A stretch of 36,040 nt of DNA from an uncultured Spirochaetaceae bacterium. Its GTDB lineage: Bacteria; Spirochaetota; Spirochaetia; DSM-27196; PWMO01. This document shows positions 1 through 7,813 of this stretch, piece by piece. Within the stretch, counting starts at the first letter, position 1, and every line of letters starts with the position of its first letter. The DNA is taken from NCBI GenBank assembly GCA_964345195.1, contig CAYFQV010000013.1:1-36040 (forward strand). The letters are read 5' to 3'. The translations under genes were made by a program, and so were the position numbers. Under the pieces are notes generated by a model that was not told the origin of the DNA, made no database searches, and saw nothing but the letters and a program-made list of their open reading frames with translations.

Positions 1-3
1 AAG

Positions 4-543
4 CTATCCTCTCCGAGGACAATGCTGCCGGTAAGCTCGGCCGTGGCGGAAACCGGGATCCACGTCGCGCTCTACGAGAAAATCCGAGTGACGCTCAACT
101 GTATCCAGACGACGCTTGGTTTCCCGCGCGAAGGACTCTTTAATGTGCGTGTAGCCCGCTGTAAGCTGAGACCAGCGATAGAGGTCACTCGCGAAGGCGG
201 GAAAGGTCTCGACAAACTCTTGAAGATGGCGCTTTCCGCGGCGCATGACATCCAGCTCGTACTGGAGCTTTTCCGCGTAAATGATCGCTACCACTGTTCG
301 AGGGTCCATGTCGAAGCGCCCGCTCACGGCAACGATCGTCGGGATGTACCTAGCAATATCCGCATATACCAGCCGTTCAACCCGCCCGCGATCGGAACGG
401 CTATCGCCGTAACCGATCCCCGTTCCCGGCGACGCCGAGGTGATCTGAACACTGGAAGACAAGGTCTCGCCCGAACCGGGAATGGCCAATGCCGTGATCG
501 TGCCGCCGCTTGCGCGCAATACGGGCCTAACAAAAGCGAACAC
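4..543 (-). CDS. hypothetical protein (179 aa), family not recognised
   Basis: Complete ORF (ATG at 543, TAG at 4-6). Its composition looks more protein-like than the overlapping + strand ORF 22..555. An AT-rich promoter-like spacer upstream is shared with the divergent gene. Confidence 0.45.
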   Translation of the reverse strand: MFAFVRPVLRASGGTITALAIPGSGETLSSSVQITSASPGTGIGYGDSRSDRGRVERLVYADIARYIPTIVAVSGRFDMDPRTVVAIIYAEKLQYELDVMRRGKRHLQEFVETFPAFASDLYRWSQLTAGYTHIKESFARETKRRLDTVERHSDFLVERDVDPGFRHGRAYRQHCPRRG

Positions 544-566
544 GTCGATCAGTAATTACCCTCATC

Positions 567-587
567 TTTAATATCACAGATATTAAA
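567..587. promoter_or_regulatory. perfect 9-3-9 inverted repeat TTTAATATC-aca-GATATTAAA in a divergent promoter region (candidate operator)
   Basis: Read directly from the sequence. It lies between the start of ORF 4..543 (-) and the membrane-protein gene (+), and is followed by CTTTTTT. Confidence 0.35.
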
Positions 588-734
588 CTTTTTTAGCTGG
601 ATGCACAAGGAAGAATAAGAAGATCTTTCAGGACGATGTATAGGCCTTTGCCCGGAAGCTCACGTGACAGGTTCAACGGATATCCGAAAATCGCGCACAC
701 CCCAGCGCCGGTAGATGATAAACTTAAATTACAT

Positions 735-1406
735 ATGACAGCGCAAATGTTCGGTACGCTGGGCGGCGTGTTCGTAGCCGGACTAAGCATGGGCATCACC
801 TCATGTATGGTGCACTGCTCTCCGGTGATGTTCTACATTGGCGGCACGGCCAACGGGTGGCGGCAGGGCCTCCGATCAGTCTTAGCGTTTTCGCTCGCGC
901 GGCTTGCGAGCATTAGCTTGCTCGGGGCCCTTGCCGGAGGTATCGGCGGATACCTCATGACCTACCTCGCAGACGCAGCGATCGCCCTATGGCTCCGACG
1001 AGCGGCCGCCGTGTTCGTGCTCGTGGTCGGCATGATAATTCTCGTCGGGCGAAACCCCACGATCGATTCCATTCGGCTATGCCGAGTGATGAGCAGAAAT
1101 GTGCTGAAGCGCAACGCCCTGTTCATGGCCCTTCTAGGCTTCCTGGTCGGGATTACACCGTTTTGTCCGGTGTTTTTCGGTGTTCTCAACTACATTGCGT
1201 TCGGACTGGAAAGTGTCGGCCTTGGTGCGCTCTACGCCTTCATCTTTGGGCTCGGCTCCGCGCTGATTACCCCCTTCCTGGCAATCGGGCCGGCGGTGGG
1301 CGCCACGTCGAAGCTCTTCACGAGTCCGGCGCGCCTCAGGCTCTTCCGGCGCGCCTCAGGCGTCATGCTCTTGATTCTCGGCGTAAGTCTCGGCCTCACA
1401 ACATAG
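735..1406 (+). CDS. DsbD_2 / TauE-like multi-pass membrane protein (cytochrome c biogenesis transmembrane-region family)
   Basis: Strongly hydrophobic protein. It has the N-terminal motif GLSMGITSCMVHCSP (G..mG..sC..hC.P) and the typical tail RRASGVMLLILG. The start is ambiguous (ATG 636, 735 or 753); I chose 735, just before the first TM helix. Confidence 0.6.
   Translation: MTAQMFGTLGGVFVAGLSMGITSCMVHCSPVMFYIGGTANGWRQGLRSVLAFSLARLASISLLGALAGGIGGYLMTYLADAAIALWLRRAAAVFVLVVGMIILVGRNPTIDSIRLCRVMSRNVLKRNALFMALLGFLVGITPFCPVFFGVLNYIAFGLESVGLGALYAFIFGLGSALITPFLAIGPAVGATSKLFTSPARLRLFRRASGVMLLILGVSLGLTT
1313..1361. repeat. imperfect tandem duplication inside a CDS; the shared 17-mer TCCGGCGCGCCTCAGGC occurs at 1325-1341 and 1345-1361
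   Basis: Perfect 17-nt direct repeat 20 nt apart. GCTCTTC also repeats at 1313 and 1340, 27 nt apart and in frame. The 17-mer is therefore translated in two frames (SPARLR and FRRASG). Confidence 0.9.
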
Positions 1407-1450
1407 ACGGAGGGCACGGCGCACCATCACACCGAAGAAGAACGAGTGTT

Positions 1451-2038
1451 ATGAGGCGAATGATCGAAATACTTGTAATCGTCGCATTTGTGGCCCTTGG
1501 CCTGCTGCTGGTGACCGGGCGGCTTCCGCTCCCCGAGTCGCCGGTCGACGTGCAGGCTCTGCTTCCAAGCGCTGGGAGCCCGGAGGAGGAGCTTTCTTCG
1601 CCTTGCGCCTCCTGTCCGCTGGACTGCCCGTACGCGGGTGAGCAGGAGCCGACGGATACCTCGCCGCCCGAAGACCTATCGCGGGTAGATGGTCAGCTCA
1701 TCCGCGGCGAAGAGATACACGAGAACTACCCCGTGCTTTCGCAGCTACCACTTTCAGGAGGCGCGGTCATGCAGCACCGCGCGGAGACGCCGGAAGGAAC
1801 CCCGCGCGTCTGGATTGATATCGCAACCTGCTCGCCTACATCTGAGACAACTGAGTGGTACAAGCGGCGTCTCCCCTCTGCGGGGTGGAACCTCCGCAGA
1901 GAGGACGGGGCGGTCGTACCGAACGGGGTTTTCCTCTCCTTCGAGCGGAACGGGGACCTGTTGAATCTTCTCATCGAGGCCCGTTCAGATAGAACGAACA
2001 TCTTCCTCGACGTTCCCCGCGCATCACAGGTCCCCTAA
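1451..2038 (+). CDS. hypothetical membrane-anchored protein (195 aa) with a Cys-rich stretch CASCPLDCP
   Basis: This is the 3' part of track ORF 989..2038. An internal ATG at 1451 is followed by a TM helix (MRRMIEILVIVAFVALGLLLV). The upstream part of that ORF overlaps the membrane-protein gene in another frame. Confidence 0.5.
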   Translation: MRRMIEILVIVAFVALGLLLVTGRLPLPESPVDVQALLPSAGSPEEELSSPCASCPLDCPYAGEQEPTDTSPPEDLSRVDGQLIRGEEIHENYPVLSQLPLSGGAVMQHRAETPEGTPRVWIDIATCSPTSETTEWYKRRLPSAGWNLRREDGAVVPNGVFLSFERNGDLLNLLIEARSDRTNIFLDVPRASQVP

Positions 2039-2058
2039 ACCGCATCCCCGTCGCGCGG

Positions 2059-3204
2059 CTACTCCAGATACTCGTACAGGGCCTCGACCTGCTCCCGCAC
2101 AACCGTGGTTACCGCCTCCGAGCTCACTGTCGCGCCGGACGCGGCGTCAACTCGCCCGCCCGCGGAGCGGAGACCCACCTGCTGCAGTGTCAGCCCCTCG
2201 AACTGAGTCAGGAAGTCGTCTTCGGCGACCTTCGAGCCGACCCCCCGGGTTTCGTTCTGCTCGACCACATGCGCGCCGTGAATCCGCCGATCGAGGTCGA
2301 TGCCGACCGCCACCACGATGTTATCCTTATAGCCGGGCGCCGCGCCGATACCGGCGTATCCGATCACCTGTCCATTCCGCATCACTTCGTGGACGTGGCC
2401 CTCGAGCTGCTCGAAGCTCGCACGAGGAAAGATCTTTGCGAGCTCGGCCTGGGGATCCGCTACGTCTATCAGCTTTGAGGCGTGCCATTCATTGAGGATC
2501 ATTGCGGCTTTTGCGGCGACGTCCGCGGTCATTCGTGCACAGCGCTCGTGCCGCTCGTCCGAGCTCAGGTCATAGCCGGATTCCTCTACCCATTCACCGC
2601 GAGACTCCTCGCAGTTGATCGACGGAGCTTCGGTCTGCGGCAGTGGCTTGTCGTAGTAGTCTTCACCGGGAAACTCGTGGTTCACCGCATATCGGTTGGA
2701 TATGTCGGTCGGGAATGCCGTTGTCTGATAATACTCGACAAGCTCTGAAGCGAGCGGGCGATAATCCTCTCCCGCAATGAGATTGATTGCCGCCAGCGAT
2801 CCGACAACCGTCCCGCATGCGGAACCCTCTCCGGAAACGCCGCCCCGCCCGAAATGGAGCATGTACGTCGGGACCTGATCGTAGGGACTTCCAATTTCCT
2901 CCTGTAAAAGACCGACTATGGCATTGAAGGATCCATAGGCGCAGGATCCTTCGTGATGCCCCACATGTCCCCGCTTCCTCACTTCCTCTACATCGAGCTC
3001 GACGTATGGCCACGACTCCCGAGTGACTGCCGGCTTCACCATGTGCGAGTCATCATCCGCTTCCTCGCTGCGCTGGTAGTTTCCCTTTTCCGCGTCGGCA
3101 TCCACGAAACCTTGCGGCACGGAAGCCGCCGTTAGGCCGATACTCAGCACTGCAACGACAGCGGCCGCCGACCAAAGACGCGCTGTTATCCTCTTCCGTC
3201 TCAT
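2059..3204 (-). CDS. signal-anchored C_GCAxxG_C_C family redox protein fused to a C-terminal FMN_bind domain
   Basis: N-terminal hydrophobic signal or anchor (MRRKRITARLWSAAAVVAVLSIGL). C_GCAxxG_C_C-like motifs GSCAYGSFNAIVG, FGRGGVSGEGSACGTVVGSL, and C...C later in the protein. C-terminal FMN_bind-like region carries DAASGAT (Dxx[ST]GA[ST]). SD AAAGGAG lies 7 nt upstream of the ATG. Confidence 0.8.
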   Translation of the reverse strand: MRRKRITARLWSAAAVVAVLSIGLTAASVPQGFVDADAEKGNYQRSEEADDDSHMVKPAVTRESWPYVELDVEEVRKRGHVGHHEGSCAYGSFNAIVGLLQEEIGSPYDQVPTYMLHFGRGGVSGEGSACGTVVGSLAAINLIAGEDYRPLASELVEYYQTTAFPTDISNRYAVNHEFPGEDYYDKPLPQTEAPSINCEESRGEWVEESGYDLSSDERHERCARMTADVAAKAAMILNEWHASKLIDVADPQAELAKIFPRASFEQLEGHVHEVMRNGQVIGYAGIGAAPGYKDNIVVAVGIDLDRRIHGAHVVEQNETRGVGSKVAEDDFLTQFEGLTLQQVGLRSAGGRVDAASGATVSSEAVTTVVREQVEALYEYLE

Positions 3205-3550
3205 GGGATTCTCCTTTGCGCAATTCGTTTTGCGCTGTCCGTCTCTTCAGCCTTTGTCCACCTTGCCGGTCTGTCAAGCCGAAAACCTGCGAGGAGTCAT
3301 GAAAGAGCCAGTCCGGTTAAACTGCCGATTCGCCCTAATTCGTATGCGTGTTGGAGCCTCCGCTATCACGGAATCTCAGCTTGCGAAGAACAACACGGCG
3401 AAGGGTGGTCGCCGGCCAAGAACATTCGTGGCCTTGGTAGAAATATCGGGAAAGCCAGGACGGCTACGGACTAGGTGCCGAGACCACCTGTCAAATTATC
3501 AAATTAAGGCTGTCTACTGAACGAACTCCTCAGGCAGGGCCTCGGCCATG

Positions 3551-4411
3551 CTATTCGCTGGAGTTCGAGGAATCTAAGCGGTAGGCTGATGGCGCGATTC
3601 CTGAATGCTTCTTGAATGCATTTGAGAAATAGTAAGCATCAACGTAACCGAGCTGCTCGGCAATCGCGCGGACACTGCGATTCGTAAACTGGAGGAAATG
3701 CTCCGCTCGTACCATCTTTTGCCGGATTAGGTAGGCGTACGGTGTAACCCCCACTTCTTTCTTGAAGAGGCGAGTCAGGCGCGAAGAGGAAAGCCCTGCG
3801 TAAGTCGTCATTTCTTTTATGCTAAGCGATGACTCCAGATTCCTGTGTATGAGGTCCACAACCGCCTGAATCCGTGGCGTGAGTGAAGTCCGGTCCTGGT
3901 GGGCGTCCGCTGTCAGTGCCAATACCAGCTGGTGGAAGAGTAACGCTGCCTGATCGTGAATATTCGAAGCCGGTGCCTGCCGGAGGCTCGCGATGGATCT
4001 CATGACAGGCTCAACGTTGACAGAGCGGAAGTGCACTCGCCTTCCGAGCTGGTACGCACTGAGAAGATGAGGTATCAGAGTCCCTCTGATGACAATGTAG
4101 AGTTTAACCCACGGTCGAATGGGATCTGCAGAGTACCAGTGGCTTCTTCCCTTCGGCAGTACGAACAGATCTCCCGCTCCGACATGGTACAATTGATCTT
4201 GCACCCGTAGCGTCCCGGCCCCGGAGAGAACGGCTTCGAAGTTCCAGTACGCCCAGTCGTCCCGTTCGAACGCTTCGGCAGGTCGAGCGTTTGTCTCGTG
4301 AGCAAAGACCAACTTGAATGCCGGATTCCCGTGATCCGTCTCGTACCCGAACTCGTGTCCCGGCTCACGTGCTATGCGCGTTTTCCTCATGGCGAAACTC
4401 GTATTATCCAT
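3551..4411 (-). CDS. AraC family transcriptional regulator (cupin sensor + HTH)
   Basis: C-terminal AraC HTH signature (YAGLSSSRLTRLFKKEVGVTPYAYL...AEQLGYVDAYYFSNAFKKHSGIAPSAYR). N-terminal cupin-like domain. The start is ambiguous (4411 or 4390). Confidence 0.85.
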   Translation of the reverse strand: MDNTSFAMRKTRIAREPGHEFGYETDHGNPAFKLVFAHETNARPAEAFERDDWAYWNFEAVLSGAGTLRVQDQLYHVGAGDLFVLPKGRSHWYSADPIRPWVKLYIVIRGTLIPHLLSAYQLGRRVHFRSVNVEPVMRSIASLRQAPASNIHDQAALLFHQLVLALTADAHQDRTSLTPRIQAVVDLIHRNLESSLSIKEMTTYAGLSSSRLTRLFKKEVGVTPYAYLIRQKMVRAEHFLQFTNRSVRAIAEQLGYVDAYYFSNAFKKHSGIAPSAYRLDSSNSSE

Positions 4412-4638
4412 TCCTGTGAGCTGTACACGCTTGTATACTACATTCCGGGATCTGCGACTGCAAGGACGGAACATGAAAAACCTACAACTCGGAGTCAGCG
4501 AACTCCACAGCAGAGGTAGCATTAGCTGTCTCGCTCATGCGCCCGGGAAAGACGGTCGCGTGGCGGCGTGTTGCAACATGGACACCTCCACACCAAACAC
4601 GGAGCCCACCGATCAAAGACACATGAGGGGTGCAAACC

Positions 4639-5742
4639 ATGGCGGACAGTAAGACGTCGCATCCGGCGAAAGCTATAAGCCACTTCGACATCCCGGGGAC
4701 CTGCTTGGACGTGAAGGCCTACGGTAACGGTCACATCAACGACACCTACGCCGCCGTCTTCTCGCATCAAGGCAAACGGCGGCGCTATATTCTGCAGCGG
4801 ATTAACAGCAACGTCTTCTCGGACGTGGTGGGGCTGATGGAGAACATCCGTCGAGTTTGCGAACATACACAGGAGAGTCTGAGGCTCCGAGGCGCTGCTG
4901 ATATTCATCGTCGAAGCCTCTCACTAATACACACTCGCAGCGGTGACGTTGTTCACCAGGACGGACACAGCTGGTGGCGAGTATACAACTTCGTGGAAAA
5001 CGCAATCGGATACGACTGCGCAGAGAGTCCGCAGATGGCATTCGAGGCAGCGAAGGCCTTCGGTGAATTTCTTGGCCTGCTCGCGGATCTACCAGGGGGC
5101 CAACTGAACGAAACGATACCGGACTTCCACAATACTCCGTCGCGTTACGCGACCTTGGAGAAGGCGATTGCCGAGGACCGTCAAGGACGCGCATCACAGT
5201 GCAAAGACGCGATCGAGTTTGCGCTATCGCGCCGGAAACTTGCTCACGAACTCTCCAATCTGAAGCTCAACGGTGAACTCTCGGAGCGTGCGACACACAA
5301 CGATACCAAACTGAACAATGTCTTGATTGATAGCCGGACGAAGAGTGCAATGTGTGTAATTGACCTTGATACTGTCATGCCCGGCCTGGCGGCCTATGAC
5401 TTCGGAGACCTCGTCCGGACAACCATCAGTTCCGCCGCAGAGGACGAGCGTGACATCACACGGATTCGGGTTCGGACGGACATCTACGAACGACTCGTCC
5501 AGGGCTTTCTCAAGGGAGCCGGGACCGCCTTGTCCGCCGCGGAGAAATCTTCGCTGCCGATCGGTGCCAAAGCCATGACATTCGAGAACGGGATCCGCTT
5601 CCTCACCGATCACCTCGCAGGGGATACCTACTTCAAGATTTCACGACCCAACCAGAATCTGGACCGTTGCCGGGCACAGTTCGCCCTACTCCGATCAATC
5701 GAAGACCACTGGGGCGAGCTTGAAGCCCTCACTTCACAGTGA
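4639..5742 (+). CDS. nahK: N-acetylhexosamine 1-kinase (NahK/LnpB-like, APH-fold phosphotransferase)
   Basis: Near-colinear with Bifidobacterium longum NahK as I recall it: GNGHINDTY, YILQRINSNVF, WRVYNF, FHNTPSRY, THNDTKLNNVLID (HxDxxxxN), IDLDTVMPG, ENGIRFLTDHLAGDTYF. SD GAGGGG upstream of ATG 4639. Confidence 0.85.
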   Translation: MADSKTSHPAKAISHFDIPGTCLDVKAYGNGHINDTYAAVFSHQGKRRRYILQRINSNVFSDVVGLMENIRRVCEHTQESLRLRGAADIHRRSLSLIHTRSGDVVHQDGHSWWRVYNFVENAIGYDCAESPQMAFEAAKAFGEFLGLLADLPGGQLNETIPDFHNTPSRYATLEKAIAEDRQGRASQCKDAIEFALSRRKLAHELSNLKLNGELSERATHNDTKLNNVLIDSRTKSAMCVIDLDTVMPGLAAYDFGDLVRTTISSAAEDERDITRIRVRTDIYERLVQGFLKGAGTALSAAEKSSLPIGAKAMTFENGIRFLTDHLAGDTYFKISRPNQNLDRCRAQFALLRSIEDHWGELEALTSQ

Positions 5743-5941
5743 GATTGCGATAGCAGTACATCCTCGGTGCGGGGAGTATAAGCTGGTGTAGCTGAGATAC
5801 GCTTGATTAAAGGGCGAATCCCGGTTATGGCTTACAGCCCCTATTCAGCGTCACTTTGGAGCAGGTTGTTCCACCGGGACACGTACAGCCACTAGCCCGC
5901 GAAATCCATCGAGAACTGATCGGCCATCGTCCGTTGTGCTC

Positions 5942-7654
5942 TTACGTATGACGGCACGCCTCGCGGATCGCCTCGTTTACTCTCCCACGCAGGTCGAGCA
6001 GCCAAGAGGCAGAACGCGGATACTCGCTGAACGTAATCGGGGTTTCGACGCCTTCCTCGAGTATCGCGAGGGTCTGAGCTCTCCCAACAAGCGATTCGAG
6101 CAGACGGAGCGCGCCCAGGTCCTGGAGCGCTTCGCGGAGAACTTCGAAGCGAATCGAGCTGATCGGCCCGTCGTCTCCCGGATAGACGAGAAACGCGTCA
6201 CCTGATGGGAAGGCCGCACCGGCGTCAGTTGTGAAAAAAGGGTTCACCGCCCACCTTGAGTACTGCGAGTACCAGAAGTTGTAACCCCAGTGGAGGAACC
6301 CTGCGACGTCAAACCTGTAGAGCTGAATGCCTAGAACTCGATTACGGGCCGAAGGCATGCAAAAGAACCGATTGGACACGTCAACCATTTGACTGACGCA
6401 GTAGTAGGTCCACAGGGGGCGCACCTCGTTCTGAATGAACGGCTCAATATGGTTGCTTGCCGGGACAGGAAGATCGACGACACCGTCTTCATAGAACTCG
6501 TACCGCGAAAGCGCGTCCATGATCGGGAATCCGGAGAGGTGATGCGTGATAAGTTCCCGCGCCGCACGGTAATCGTCTAGCTGTTCAAAGCGGGGTTCGT
6601 CGGAGACATGGAAGTAGCATCGCTTTTCGAGACCATGGGCGCGGATGAACAATACGAGCGCGGGAAGAAATTGGTTTAGGAACGCCCCGTAGGCGCCGCC
6701 GGTTGCGGGTGTATCCCACCCGAATATCTGCTTCGCTTCACCGTCAACCTCTGCGACGATCTTCGGGCAGAACGCGGCGCCCCATTGCGTGAATAGGTGC
6801 GAGAACTCGAAGTACTCAATGCCTGCGGCCGAGCAAAGTTCGACCCAGCGTTTCAACCGCTCGAATCGGAATTCGTACATCACACCATCGCTGCCTGTAC
6901 GTCTCGTGACGTCGACGAGCTGGACGGTTGGTCGTTCCCCGCCAACCTCGGTGTCGAGCGGAGGCGTAAAGATCGGAGTGAGGATCATATTCACTCCGTG
7001 TTGCGTGGCCGTCTTGACGAACTGCGCGATCCTGCGCCAGTGCTCCTCGCTGAAGACCTCGAGACCGTAGTACGTAGCCAGGCAATCCGAATGAAACCAT
7101 TCGGTGTGAATGAGATCCTGCTTTGGGAGTCTTACGTCCAGGATATCGAGGTAGTGCTCCTCGGCGGCGAGCTCGAGTCCGACTTTAGACTCGAAGATGA
7201 TTCGGATGCGATGCAGACCCGGTTCTGCCGGCCCGGGGGATGTGGATTCCGGCAGGCCGTCGTCGGAGCCACCGTTCGAGAGGTCAACGGTTATCCAAAC
7301 CGAGCGCCACTGTTCCGGGAAGGCGGTGATTCCCTCCGAGGGATCGATCGCGTAGAGCGGATCGGGATAGAGCCCCGGGGTGGTACGCAGGACGTCCGCG
7401 TCGTGTTCGTCGAGCCACGGTAACTCGCTCGAGACGAGACCTACCGTACGCACTCTGATCCAAGGCGCGAGATCCGAGTGAACTCGCACACGGATACCTT
7501 TCAGCAACTTGCTGGATTGCACAGCGAGCTGAAACGAGTAGACTTCGTTCGCAAGCATGGCCCCGGATTGTACGACCGGTGCCTCGAGCGGTTCGTCGGC
7601 AAAAACCTTCGTGAGCGAAGACAGAGATCGTGTCTGCAACGACTTCGAGTCCAT
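5942..7654 (-). CDS. DUF4091 / GH123-like glycoside hydrolase (putative beta-N-acetylgalactosaminidase), no signal peptide
   Basis: 570-aa protein with an N-terminal beta-sandwich-like region and a TIM-barrel-like region. It contains HVSDEP, a candidate equivalent of the GH123 catalytic Asp-Glu pair. The family call is from memory of DUF4091 proteins. Confidence 0.65.
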   Translation of the reverse strand: MDSKSLQTRSLSSLTKVFADEPLEAPVVQSGAMLANEVYSFQLAVQSSKLLKGIRVRVHSDLAPWIRVRTVGLVSSELPWLDEHDADVLRTTPGLYPDPLYAIDPSEGITAFPEQWRSVWITVDLSNGGSDDGLPESTSPGPAEPGLHRIRIIFESKVGLELAAEEHYLDILDVRLPKQDLIHTEWFHSDCLATYYGLEVFSEEHWRRIAQFVKTATQHGVNMILTPIFTPPLDTEVGGERPTVQLVDVTRRTGSDGVMYEFRFERLKRWVELCSAAGIEYFEFSHLFTQWGAAFCPKIVAEVDGEAKQIFGWDTPATGGAYGAFLNQFLPALVLFIRAHGLEKRCYFHVSDEPRFEQLDDYRAARELITHHLSGFPIMDALSRYEFYEDGVVDLPVPASNHIEPFIQNEVRPLWTYYCVSQMVDVSNRFFCMPSARNRVLGIQLYRFDVAGFLHWGYNFWYSQYSRWAVNPFFTTDAGAAFPSGDAFLVYPGDDGPISSIRFEVLREALQDLGALRLLESLVGRAQTLAILEEGVETPITFSEYPRSASWLLDLRGRVNEAIREACRHT

Positions 7655-7813
7655 GCGCGCAGTGTAACCGGACCGGTTGTTGCTGTCACGTAAGAGAAAG
7701 GTGATTCAAACCCACCCGCAGTCGTAATATGCACGCAAGCTTCCGGGCCAAAACATCCGCACATTCATCTGAACAAGTTGATGAAGCTGCTTGTCATCAA
7801 ACTGTAGATCTCC

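Noticed and set aside
1325-1361. Idea that the 20-nt-spaced repeat is a frameshifting duplication that split an ancestral fusion of the membrane protein with the downstream ORF
   Set aside because: Including the flanking GCTCTTC copies, the duplication period is 27 nt, which is in frame. The present C-terminus (RRASGVMLLILG) fits the family. The open downstream frame is explained by high GC.
989-1450. 5' two-thirds of the 349-aa track ORF 989..2038
   Set aside because: It overlaps the DsbD_2-like gene in another frame and has an Arg/Pro/His-rich, non-protein-like composition. Long open frames are expected in GC-rich DNA. Only the part from ATG 1451, which starts with a TM helix, is kept.
3203-3520. 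105-aa + strand ORF filling the 346-nt spacer, and a possible riboswitch there
   Set aside because: The ORF has no SD and its ATG merely overlaps the reverse-strand start codon. My by-eye comparison with remembered riboswitch cores gave no match, so no ncRNA feature is claimed.
4482-5197. Minus-strand ORFs (69, 128 and 131 aa) opposite the NahK gene and its promoter
   Set aside because: They are antisense to a gene that is near-colinear with NahK, and their translations are not protein-like.
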